A DNA stretch of 64,000 nt from IMG/VR virus record IMGVR_UViG_3300045988_125802; one strand, given 5' to 3'. This DNA comes from a virus. This document shows positions 35,323 through 45,200 of this stretch, in pieces. Position numbers and translations under genes: made by a program. The notes beneath the pieces are model-generated. The model ran no database searches, was not told where the DNA came from, and saw only the letters and a program-made list of their open reading frames with translations. Positions within the stretch are counted from its first letter, which is position 1; the number at the start of each line of letters is the position of its first letter.

Positions 35323-36207
35323 AGAATACTTGTTGTGTATAAACTGTGTTAATTGCTGGAAACTCCTAAAGAAGTAAAGTACTATACATTTGTATATGTG
35401 AAAATCTTTACTTATCTTTGTACATTAAATTGTATGAACAATATGAGTACAAGAATGGACAATCAGCAGCTTTATCTAAATGATAAGCAAATTCAAGTTA
35501 TTGTAAGTGGTAAATTTGGAGATGGATATTTATATCCTGAAGGTGACAGGTCATATTACATGACTAACTGCAAGTATAAAGAATATCTCCAGTATAAAAA
35601 GGACTTATTGGGAGAGTTATGTGACACTACCAATATAAACAGTATTGAATATAATGGATTCTTAGGTACTAAGATTTACACTCTTAAAACTAAGAGGGAT
35701 GAATCAATTGGTTACTTGAGAGATTTAAGCCTTGAAGATTCGTTAGAGTTAATGAATGATTTAGGACTGGCATTATGGATATATGATGATGGTAGTTTGC
35801 ATAAGAATAAGTTATTCTACAACATAAATACTCAAGGATTTCCAAAAGAAATTCAGGAAGAGCTATTTATACCTTTCTTTAATAGGTTCAACATTTACCC
35901 AAAACTTACAGTGGAGAGAAAAAGAGATGGGAGGGAGTTTTGGTATCTTAGAATTTCAAAGTATGAAGGTGCTTATGAAATCTCCAAGGTACTGGAGAAG
36001 TATCCTATTGAATGTTATGCTTACAAGAGATGGAGTTCAGAGACTATCCAGAAATGGAGTAAGCTCCAAGAGGAGCTGAAAAACACAGATATAGATAGGA
36101 GAACTTTAGCAGCAATGCTAAAGAAAGTGTCTATATAAGATATAGTCCGACCTTATAGGAAACTATAAGAGAATAAGTGGATTCGACTTATTCGTAACAT
36201 TAAAATG
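35323..36207 (+). mobile_element. group I intron carrying a LAGLIDADG endonuclease, inserted in polymerase motif C
   Basis: P AATTGCTGGAAACTCC (35351), Q AATCAGCAGC (35461), R GTTCAGAGACTA (36035), S AAGATATAGTCC (36137). P1 is CACGAU (35317-22) with GUUGUG (35332-37). P10 is GAGUA (36208-12) with UACUU (35327-31). The terminal G is 36207. Confidence 0.85.
35434..36138 (+). CDS. intron-encoded double-motif LAGLIDADG homing endonuclease
   Basis: VIVSGKFGDGYLY and LALWIYDDGSL motifs. There is a TATCTTTG -7 box at 35413-35420. The coding region overlaps intron elements Q, R and S. Confidence 0.8.
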   Translation: MNNMSTRMDNQQLYLNDKQIQVIVSGKFGDGYLYPEGDRSYYMTNCKYKEYLQYKKDLLGELCDTTNINSIEYNGFLGTKIYTLKTKRDESIGYLRDLSLEDSLELMNDLGLALWIYDDGSLHKNKLFYNINTQGFPKEIQEELFIPFFNRFNIYPKLTVERKRDGREFWYLRISKYEGAYEISKVLEKYPIECYAYKRWSSETIQKWSKLQEELKNTDIDRRTLAAMLKKVSI

Positions 36208-36351
36208 GAGTATCTGATAGAACCACCTGAGGAAATTGCAGAGCAGGAAGCCAAGAAGTTAAGTGAGTGTATGGAGTATGCAGCAGCAATCTTCTGTAAG
36301 AAAGTAACTATTAAGGCAGTACCTGAAATTGGTTCATGTTGGATTCATTGA
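36208..36351 (+). CDS. polA: family A DNA polymerase, exon 2 (47 aa)
   Basis: It begins with the Glu that completes VHDE. It reads EYLIEPPEE...VPEIGSCWIH and ends at TGA 36349-51. Confidence 0.8.
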   Translation, partial: EYLIEPPEEIAEQEAKKLSECMEYAAAIFCKKVTIKAVPEIGSCWIH

Positions 36352-36375
36352 ACCCTAAGTAATTTGTTTTTGGTC

Positions 36376-36404
36376 TTGCATATTTGAATTTATTTGTATC
36401 TTTG
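36376..36404 (+). promoter_or_regulatory. Bacteroidota-type promoter (TTG-N18-TATCTTTG)
   Basis: -7 box at 36397-36404 followed by a 9-nt A run and the ATG at 36418. Confidence 0.45.
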
Positions 36405-36417
36405 CAAAAAAAAAGAT

Positions 36418-36546
36418 ATGAGAGTAAAACAAATAGCAGGACCAAATCAAACAAAGGCTTGTCCTATAAGAGGGTTCACAAAGGTAGTAGAGTTTAAGGT
36501 TTCTATTGTAACAGGTATAATGAGACCATGCTATCTATGTGAATGA
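36418..36546 (+). CDS. possible 42-aa ORF
   Basis: MRVKQIAGPNQTKACPIRGF... sits directly behind a promoter and an A-run leader. It is below the ORF-track cutoff. Confidence 0.25.
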   Translation: MRVKQIAGPNQTKACPIRGFTKVVEFKVSIVTGIMRPCYLCE

Positions 36547-36648
36547 TAAAGGAAGGCATATCAGCATACCTTAGAATCTTGAATGTGTAATTGCTCGAAA
36601 ACTAATTAAAGAGAATAACTTGATAACAGACATTAAAAGAAAGAAAAA

Positions 36649-37008
36649 ATGACTGAAAGTGGATATTATCCCCTAGGGACAGAACATAGCTCTAATGCAC
36701 CTTGGAATCAGGTTGATAACCCTGAAAGGGAAATTGAGGTTACAGTAAGTATAACCCTTAGTAAAACTGTCAAGATTAAAGTTTCCGATTACGAAATTAT
36801 TGATTCTGGAAAGGATGAAGATGGTGAGTATTTTGAAGATATAGACTACTCAAACTGTGACCTTAAAGGTGCAGTAGAAGAGCAAGTTATATTGCCTCAA
36901 AAAGCTTGGGACTATATAACTCCTAAATCAAAGAGAGATGTCAATGTTATCTCTGACTTAAAGGGCTGGAATGTTGATGACTTTGAAGTTATCTATGACA
37001 ATTTATAA
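36649..37008 (+). CDS. hypothetical acidic protein (119 aa)
   Basis: ATG ORF. Confidence 0.5.
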   Translation: MTESGYYPLGTEHSSNAPWNQVDNPEREIEVTVSITLSKTVKIKVSDYEIIDSGKDEDGEYFEDIDYSNCDLKGAVEEQVILPQKAWDYITPKSKRDVNVISDLKGWNVDDFEVIYDNL

Positions 37009-37027
37009 CTATTAGTTCTATATATTT

Positions 37028-37210
37028 ATGGAGGATGAGAATAACATCAGATATTGCTGTAGTGAGTGTGGTGGAACCAACATTCAAGTAAGGGCATGGA
37101 TAGATGCCAACACTAATAAATATATAAGTGATATAGATGATGGGGAGTGTTGGTGTGCAGACTGCATGGATTATACTAAAATTGAAGAATATGAGGTACA
37201 TAGTAATTGA
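37028..37210 (+). CDS. small zinc-ribbon protein (60 aa)
   Basis: CCSECGG ... CWCADC, two Cys pairs. Confidence 0.45.
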   Translation: MEDENNIRYCCSECGGTNIQVRAWIDANTNKYISDIDDGECWCADCMDYTKIEEYEVHSN

Positions 37211-37343
37211 AGATTTTAATGATAATATTGCCATAGTAAGTGATCCTGAGACTGGTGAAGTAAAGGTATTTGATACTGAAGTAGAGGCACAGGAAGAAGC
37301 AGATAAGTGCCAACATGGTATAATAGTAAACTTAGGTAAATAA
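37191..37343 (+). CDS. hypothetical small protein (50 aa)
   Basis: The ATG at 37191 (MRYIVIEDF...) is preferred over the longer track ORF from 37137, which overlaps the zinc-ribbon gene. Confidence 0.4.
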   Translation: MRYIVIEDFNDNIAIVSDPETGEVKVFDTEVEAQEEADKCQHGIIVNLGK

Positions 37344-37345
37344 AT

Positions 37346-38266
37346 ATGAAACTTATAAAACCATCATTTGAAATTTGGGAACAGCCTAATGGACTTGAAG
37401 GAATTTATAAACAGATCGAGAAAGCTGGAAGAATCTGTTATAAATCGGAAGATAGAATAACAGAAGATTCTGCTAAAGGATTTGTGGATAGAATGATTAA
37501 CTCTAAACATTTATCTACTTTGGAGCATGGTACTGTGTATCTTAAAATAGATAATAGAGATGATGTCTTGTATAAGCATTATCTTGAGGCCTCTACCTAC
37601 TATTATGACAATCCTTATTCAAAAGTAGAAACAAATAAACTTGAAAGTTCTCATACCCCTATTCACTATGTAACTACTAACTTTAGGGTGTTGATAGAGA
37701 ATGACAGACTTAGTGATTTGAAATATATTTGTGAACCTACAGAGTATCATGAAAAGAGAGTAACTGTACACTTTGTATGTGATAGGGGTGTATCCCATGA
37801 ATTTGTAAGGCACAGAGTAATGTCTTTTGCTCAGGAAAGTACAAGGTATTGTAACTATTCTAAAGATAAGTTTGGTAATGAACTTACCTTCATTATTCCT
37901 GAATGGTGTCCTGAAATTAGAGAGAATTCTAACAAAGGATGGGATCCTTGTAGTATGTATGACAAGTTGTATCTACAGCATCTTCAAAGTGCAGAAGATA
38001 GCTATTTTGCTCTACTAAAGCAATGGGATGAGAGAGTACCAGATAAGAGATATAAATCTGGATTCAGAAATAATCCTTGGGTGCCTCAGCAGGCAAGAGC
38101 TATCTTGCCTAACTCCTTAAAGACAGAATTAGTTGTCACTGGATTTGTATCTGATTGGGAACACTTTTTTGCATTAAGGTGTGATAATTCAGCCCATCCA
38201 CAGGCTAGAGAATTAGCCATTCCTTTGAAAGATGAATTTATTAAGAAGGGCTATTTAAATGGATGA
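37346..38266 (+). CDS. thyX: flavin-dependent thymidylate synthase ThyX
   Basis: ThyX signature RHRVMSFAQESTRY (RHR-x7-S-x-R-Y). Confidence 0.85.
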   Translation: MKLIKPSFEIWEQPNGLEGIYKQIEKAGRICYKSEDRITEDSAKGFVDRMINSKHLSTLEHGTVYLKIDNRDDVLYKHYLEASTYYYDNPYSKVETNKLESSHTPIHYVTTNFRVLIENDRLSDLKYICEPTEYHEKRVTVHFVCDRGVSHEFVRHRVMSFAQESTRYCNYSKDKFGNELTFIIPEWCPEIRENSNKGWDPCSMYDKLYLQHLQSAEDSYFALLKQWDERVPDKRYKSGFRNNPWVPQQARAILPNSLKTELVVTGFVSDWEHFFALRCDNSAHPQARELAIPLKDEFIKKGYLNG

Positions 38267-38486
38267 GAGGGAGAAAATATTTGAAGAAATAAATAGTTGT
38301 ACTAATCCGTCATCTATAAAAGATGAATACCTGAGTAATAGTAATCATGTAGCAAGATTTAAAAACATATTTGCTTTCCTGGATGTGTGTAAATCAAGAA
38401 GAGTTACCACAGAAAATAGTATTACCTATTATGATGAAACAGAAGGTTATATGTATATTAAATTCCCATTTATAGGATGTTGTTAA
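38259..38486 (+). CDS. hypothetical protein (75 aa)
   Basis: ATG ORF overlapping the thyX stop. Confidence 0.45.
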   Translation: MDEREKIFEEINSCTNPSSIKDEYLSNSNHVARFKNIFAFLDVCKSRRVTTENSITYYDETEGYMYIKFPFIGCC

Positions 38487-38508
38487 CCATTAAAAAAAAT
38501 TATTCAAT

Positions 38509-39135
38509 ATGATAGAAAAAGTATCACAATTAAAAGAAGGTTCAGTGATTAGTGAAAGTTCCCACTATATTATAAATAGATTATCAGGCTCTACTGTGTA
38601 TCTTACTCACTTTGAAAGTGGTGAAGAGGTACAGATAGGTATCGATTACTTAAAGAGCTATACTAACTCTGCTGACTTATACACTACTGAAGTAAAAGTA
38701 ACTAAGGAAGATAAGAAGGATGGTACTCTTGGTATTAGAAGTATTTGGGAGAACATTCACTCTGGTCAGGTATTTACTGTATGCTTCAAGAAGCAGGATA
38801 AGCCTAAGAGTAAGAGGAAGTTACAGGAAGAGATTGATGCTATTGTAGAGCAGTTCTCAAATAGTATTGATACAGTTAAGAACAATAAGAAAGGTGTTGC
38901 AAATGCAGCAAAGAATCTTATTACTGAGCTGGTTAATAACCCTGTACTTCCTTATGAAGAAGGTGAAGATAGAGTTCTTAGAGGCTATAAGATTCAATTT
39001 GAATCAAGAGATGGCAGATATGATTGTGTAGATATGGATATTCAAAGGACTGATAAGGAAAATGGTATCAGACCTGTCAATATTTTGACCATTAAGTGGC
39101 TAATCTATAATGGTGTGAAATATACTGTAGAATAG
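38509..39135 (+). CDS. hypothetical protein (208 aa)
   Basis: ATG ORF after an 8-nt A run, followed by a strong terminator. Confidence 0.55.
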   Translation: MIEKVSQLKEGSVISESSHYIINRLSGSTVYLTHFESGEEVQIGIDYLKSYTNSADLYTTEVKVTKEDKKDGTLGIRSIWENIHSGQVFTVCFKKQDKPKSKRKLQEEIDAIVEQFSNSIDTVKNNKKGVANAAKNLITELVNNPVLPYEEGEDRVLRGYKIQFESRDGRYDCVDMDIQRTDKENGIRPVNILTIKWLIYNGVKYTVE

Positions 39136-39162
39136 AATCTATTGATTCATATAATTCTAATA

Positions 39163-39193
39163 AGGGAGAGTAAGTCTTTAACTTACTCTCCCT
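39163..39193 (+). terminator. rho-independent terminator
   Basis: AGGGAGAGTAAGT-CTTTA-ACTTACTCTCCCT perfect 13-bp stem followed by TAATTCTTTTT. Confidence 0.7.
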
Positions 39194-39213
39194 TAATTCT
39201 TTTTAATATAATA

Positions 39214-39244
39214 TTGCACATACCAACTAAAATAATTACCTTTG
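39214..39244 (+). promoter_or_regulatory. Bacteroidota-type promoter (TTG-N20-TACCTTTG) in front of the virion RNAP gene
   Basis: -7 box at 39237-39244, 22 nt upstream of the ATG at 39267. Confidence 0.55.
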
Positions 39245-39266
39245 CACAAATGATACTTTTAATTAT

Positions 39267-42200
39267 ATGAGTTGTTTAATTATAACACCAGAAATTAGAG
39301 AATTAGCTAAGAAATTTCCTAATGAAACAGAGCAATCAATACTTAACTTAGTTGGATTGTGGCAGGAAAAGAATAATAAGTCTATTGAGGATATTCCATT
39401 AGGTAGTGAACTCAATGATTTTATTAAGGAGCTTAGAAAGGAAGACCTAATTACTGCTCTGCCTATCAGTAAATATGTGACTACTGAGGGCTTTCTTACA
39501 GAAAGAGGAGAGGAAACTATAGACCCACTTAGCAGTCCTTTTGGTACTCCAAAGGTTACTTCTGTTGAGGAGCAACAAAAGGTGGACCTACTTTTTGATC
39601 CAAGAACAAGAAGAGATAGAGTAACACTTATTGCAAGATTCTTCAGTAATGAAGTTGATAATGCCTTACAGGAAATAACTGATTCCTTGAAGAGAAGGAT
39701 TAATGATGTTAGCGGTGTAGAGAAAGAAGAGTTGCAGACTGAACTTAATAGCTTGGATAGATTCTCTGCTATAGAGAAATACACTCCTGCTGGCATATTC
39801 AAGAGAGTAGCTAACATCTTCAATTCTTATGTACAAGATACAGAAGAGGGCAGGGTACAGCAAGAACTTAATGCAATCAATTCTATGAGAGGTGCAGATA
39901 AGTTCTCTGATGAGCAGAAATTAGAAGCTGCCAAGAAGAAAGCTGCTTATAAGAATCAGGAGTATAAGAAGATAGTTGATGACCCTTATGTCTATAAGGC
40001 TCTTGCTGAGGAAGCAAGTACTTTACTTGTAATGACTGAAGGTATTAGGATAGACCCTAACTACATTGCACCTGCTGATGCAAACCTCAATGATGATGAC
40101 CCTGATGGTAACAGTGAGGTAGATAATGAAGCAGAGGATTGGAGACAAGAAGAGGCTTATAAGGATGGATGGATGACTAATTTCAGACAGGTAAGTTCAC
40201 ATGAGTCTCTGTCACAAGCTGTAAGAAAAGTAATCAGACAAGTACCCAAACTTGACTATAGAGGCAAGTATGAAAAGGATGATTTAGGTTTCACAAGATA
40301 CCTTGATGCTGACTATGTTCATGCTACTTTCATTGACAAGTTAAGGAACATGATTAACTCTGATGATATGCTTCCTTTGATGCAGGATTTGCAAAGAATC
40401 AAGCCTTGGGTTAAGCAAGTAACCAAGTTACTTCAAGGTGATGAGACTTTGTTCTCTCAATTCTACCAAGACTTCAGAAAGGACTTTATGCCTTACTGGA
40501 TTCAAAAGAAGAAGATGATGCCTGATGGTACTTTCAAGATGGAAACTATTGCCATCAATAAGCCTGAAGGTGTGTATTACCTCCTTGATGCTTGGAGAGA
40601 TAACTATGAGAATGGAGTACAGCTTGATGATGATAGTGTATATGAGAAGAATGGGGAAATAAACAAGGATAATGCAGCTAAAGGTTTACAATGGACTGAG
40701 ACATTGAACAATATGTTCCAGAACCTTGATACAGAATCCAGACTTCAACTCTTGGAGAGAGAAGATGTATGGAATACCATAATGAAGTTGCTTCATATGT
40801 TAGGTATTGATGCCAATCCTTCTGTATTGAAAACTGCATTAACTGATATAAAGACAGCTCCAGGTATCACATTTACTGACCCAATCATGCTTCTTTTACC
40901 ACAATTGAATGTCATATTTAGTGGTATTAAGAAGGGTGAAGTCAAGTCTGAGACAAGAGAGGATGGTACTGAGAAGAGAGGAGACCTTATCAATACTTTT
41001 GGCTCTGCTTACAATATGATTGCAAGTATGATGGCAGAAGTTACTGAGGATGCTATTGAAAGTAGTGTCAGAGAGAATGATAAGTCTTACTATTCTCATG
41101 TTACTCCTAACTACTTAGGTAAACTTATTAAGAATCTCAAGAATGTTATGAATGACAAGGAGAGATTTGAACAGTTTATGCAGACTGAGTTCAAGGACTA
41201 TGAGTGGTTCTTTAAGGATGGTCATTGGAGAAATGACTGGCTAAGACAGCTTGCAGAGTCTGATGAATTGAGAAGAGGTCTTAACCATAAAGTAGTATTG
41301 AACTCTGATAAGGTAGACTATACTAATTGGGATGATTTGGACTATACTTTGGCTCTTCTTACAGAGTATTGGGGAGACCCTGATTCTGCAAAGTCAAGTA
41401 TAAAGTATGCTTGGTATCATGTTCCTATTCTTTCAGATAGCCCTTCTGCTGAGTTTATCAGATTCAGAAAGTACACAACAGGTGATGTACTTGATGAAAA
41501 TGGTAAGAAGAGAACCTATGATGATGTTATTCTTGATAAGTTGGTAGACTTGGTTAATCAAGAGTATGACAGAATCATGCTGGTTAGAGAAAGGGATGAG
41601 GCTTACCAGAGTGGAGATAAGAATGTAGAACCTATTGCAAACCATGATATTGTCAGAAAGAAAGATGGTAGTATAAAGAGTATGGGAGGTGCAGAATTTA
41701 AGTTCCTTCCTGCACTTAACAACCTCAGATATGACAATGGAGAGACATTCATTGATAGGCTAAGCAGACTTAAATCCAAAGGTACTGGTGCTGAACTTAG
41801 GAACTTCCTAAGAACTACTCTTAATGACATGATGGAAGATGGTTTTGAACAGACCTATAGAGATTGGATGAGGGTAGGACTTTTGGATGAGCTTCCTAAT
41901 GGTAAGTACAAGTATCTTCCTTTTGAGGGTCAGTCCAAGCAGAATGCAATAACTGCAAAGGCACTCATTAAGGCTAAGGATGCCTTAGGTTCATTGTGGA
42001 ATACCAATATGGAACTGATGCTTAGAGCCTATAACAATAATAGTGCTTTTGATAGTAGGGAAGCCAATAACCTGATGGAGCAGATTAAGAATTTGCTGAC
42101 AGATAAGGCAACAAGAGGTGAGATGGAATTGAAAGATGCTCAGTCAATCTCAAGAAGTCTGTTTGTTAAGAATAATGCTAAGGATGCACTTAGGGAATAC

Positions 42201-45200
42201 TATTGGAACAGTAAGTTAGCTACTTCACAAATTATCCAGCTTACTACTACTGACCTTGCCTTCTATAAGAACCTTGAGGACTTTCAGAAGAGATATAAGG
42301 AGGTTCATGCTCCTGCCCTTAGGCTGAATACTAAGGCTACTTATAAAGGTGAGAGAATTGGTAGGGATTGGGAAAGAACCATCTACTTGAAGGATGATGA
42401 GATAGTATCTTCTGTACTTGAAGACATCAAGACTGTACTTGATGAAAGGGTTAGAAGAAATGAAATGACCAAGATAGACAGAGATAATATCATCTACAAG
42501 TTTAAGAATGTGAATGTAGCAGATGCTCAGGCATATAGAAGTTTGAGTTCCTATAGGGCAATACTTGGTATGTCAGGTCAGTGGACAGATGATATGGAGC
42601 AAGCATATAACAACTTCAAGAATGGAGATTGGAATATTAAAGACTTCAATATCATTTGGCAGACTAAGAAGCCTTATGTTTATACACAAGTCAATAATAA
42701 CAGTGGCATTGAAGGCCATACTGGAATTAAGACTCCTGTACAGCATAAGAACTCAGAGTTCCTATTACTTGCTATGCACGAACTAATTGCTGGTCCTTTA
42801 GGAAGGTCAGGTAAGCTGAAAGCTATAAATAAGTTTATGGAAGATAATCAGATTGATGTAGTTCAGTTTGAATCTACTACTAAGGTTGGAAAACAAGGTG
42901 TGATAGATTTGAATGATGTTAATACAGAGGCTGATGTAATTCAAAGACTTAAAGATACCACAGGTATTGGATTTGGTAATGAGAATCCTAATGTGGTACA
43001 TAAGGTATCTTATGAAGATTATGGTATTCAGACTGCAACTCCTGAACATGCTATTGATGCAGTTCAGTTGGTAGGTACTCAGATTAGAAAGCTAATTACT
43101 GCTGACATCTCTGATGACACAATCATTGAGGTTAATGGTAAGAAGATGACTAAGAAAGAGTGGCTTGACCTGTATAATGCCATCAATACTGAGAATATTC
43201 TTCAAGCATTTGCTAATGTAGATAAGATATTCAAAGACCCAAAGAAGGTAGAAGAAATCTTACTTGAAGAGATAAGAGGTAATCAAAGATATGGTATGGA
43301 TATGATGAGGGCTTGTACTCTTGATGAGAACAATAACTTCAATATACCTCTCTTTGACCCTGTACAATCTCAAAGAGTACAGACACTTCTTAATAGTGTA
43401 ATCAAGAGTGGAACTAAAAAAGTATCAGGTATTACCAAACAGAAGATTAGAGGAGGAGCTTTAATTCAGGTGTCTGATTATGGCTTGACTGATGAACTTC
43501 ATATAGTGTTTGAAGGTGAAGGTGCTAACAAGAGGATTAAGTATCTTGAGTGCTATATGCCTGCATATAGTAGAGAGTTCTATGAGCCTCTCATGGACCC
43601 AAATACTCACCAGCTTGATGTAACTAAACTTCCTGAGGATTTGAGAAAGTTGATTGGATATAGAGTTCCAACAGAGGATAAGTACTCAATGGCTCCTCTG
43701 TATATTAAGGGATTCCTTCCTCAACAGAATGGTTCTGCAATCATGCTTCCTGCTGAGATTACTACTCTATCAGGTTCTGACTTTGATGTGGATAAGATGT
43801 ATATCATGTTACCTGAGTTCAGAGTTAAGAAATATGATATGAGACAGGCAAGAGAAGACTATGCAAGAATGAATAGCTTATTCAATCAAGTATTGTCACA
43901 ATTCACTCATAGCCAGTTGGCAGAAGATATTCTCAATGCAGATACTGATGACTTTAAGGAATGGTTCAAGGAGAATAAGGAGAAGTACAGACTTGCCAAG
44001 CCTATTATAAGTAAGGTAAAGTATGACTTCAATAAGTCTCCACAGGAGAACAGTCTTGAGGCAAGAAATAACTTGTTGATAGATATGATGTATGGAGTCC
44101 TGACTAATGCAGATACAGCTTCAAAGATTCTTAACCCAGGTGGTTTTGATTATCAGAAGAAGTCTGCAAGAATAATGACTATTCTCAATGATTCTTATGA
44201 GAGTGATTTGGTTAAGGCTCTAAATGAAGGTGGTGTTAAGTTTAATAAGACTATTAAAAGGGCAGGAAAGGAAATAAAAGCCCCAATATCTTCCTACCTT
44301 TTTGACTTGCCATTAGAGTTATCTAATGAGGAAAAAGAGGAAAGGAAGAAGAAAGGGGAACCTTTCATAAGTCTTACTGAATTAGCAGAGAAAACAAAGG
44401 TCAAGATGGACCCATTATCACCAAGAACTCAAGTAATGTTACATCAACAAAACATGACTGGTGCTAAGTTGATTGGTATTTATGCCAACCATAATGCAAA
44501 TCATGCTTTGATGCAACATACTCAGTTAGCTTTGGATGAAGAAAATGGCTCATTTGTATTGAATGGAAAGAGACTTACATCTTTACATGATATTATGAAT
44601 GGTGACAAGGAATTTATCTCAAAGAATAATGCTGGATTCTTGGCTGCTTCTGTGGATAATGTTAAAGACCTTGTGCTTGCAGCACTTAATCAGAATACTT
44701 TCACTGCTGATGCTTCTATGCTTCTTTCAAGATTAGGTTATAATCCTATTGAGATAGGTCTGCTAATGATGCAGCCTATTGTACAAGAGATTACTCAGAC
44801 CTATTTTAGAGAGAGTAGAGAAGGTAAAGGTAAAGATACCATCATTGATGAAGTATTGGATAAGTATAAGGAGAAGGCTGCTCTTAATAATGACTTGACT
44901 TATGATAACTACAAGAATAATAGCTTCTACATTGAAGAGCTTGCAGATAACATAATGTTTGCTAAGGAAGCTGTTACTGACAGGTCTCAGACTTCTGATT
45001 TCAGAAAGATTGAGTTCTATCAGAAACAAGTTGCAGTTGGATATTTGTTCAAGAGAATTATGAACTCTGCTAATGCTTTGGGACAGTTAGTACAGGCTAC
45101 AAGGTCTGATACCCAAGGAGGTGCTGCTGGTCCTACTATTGCAGATACAGAGTTAAAGATGCAGAAAGTGAAAGACCTGTTAGACCAAATAGAGGATAAT

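Noticed and set aside
35353-35433. N-terminal extensions given by the ORF track using TTG or early starts (35353, 27997, 50771, 4573, 24430, and 62930-63037 on the minus strand)
   Set aside because: The extensions cover intron core elements, promoters, terminators or a tRNA-like element. Internal ATGs align with paralog N-termini or follow A-run leaders.
39263-39823. 186-aa minus-strand ORF and many similar 60-120-aa antisense ORFs inside the giant genes (for example 40793-41099, 45020-45387, 52873-58204 on the plus strand)
   Set aside because: They lie fully inside much longer, motif-bearing ORFs on the other strand. They are Ser/Leu/Ile-rich low-complexity shadows typical of AT-rich coding DNA.
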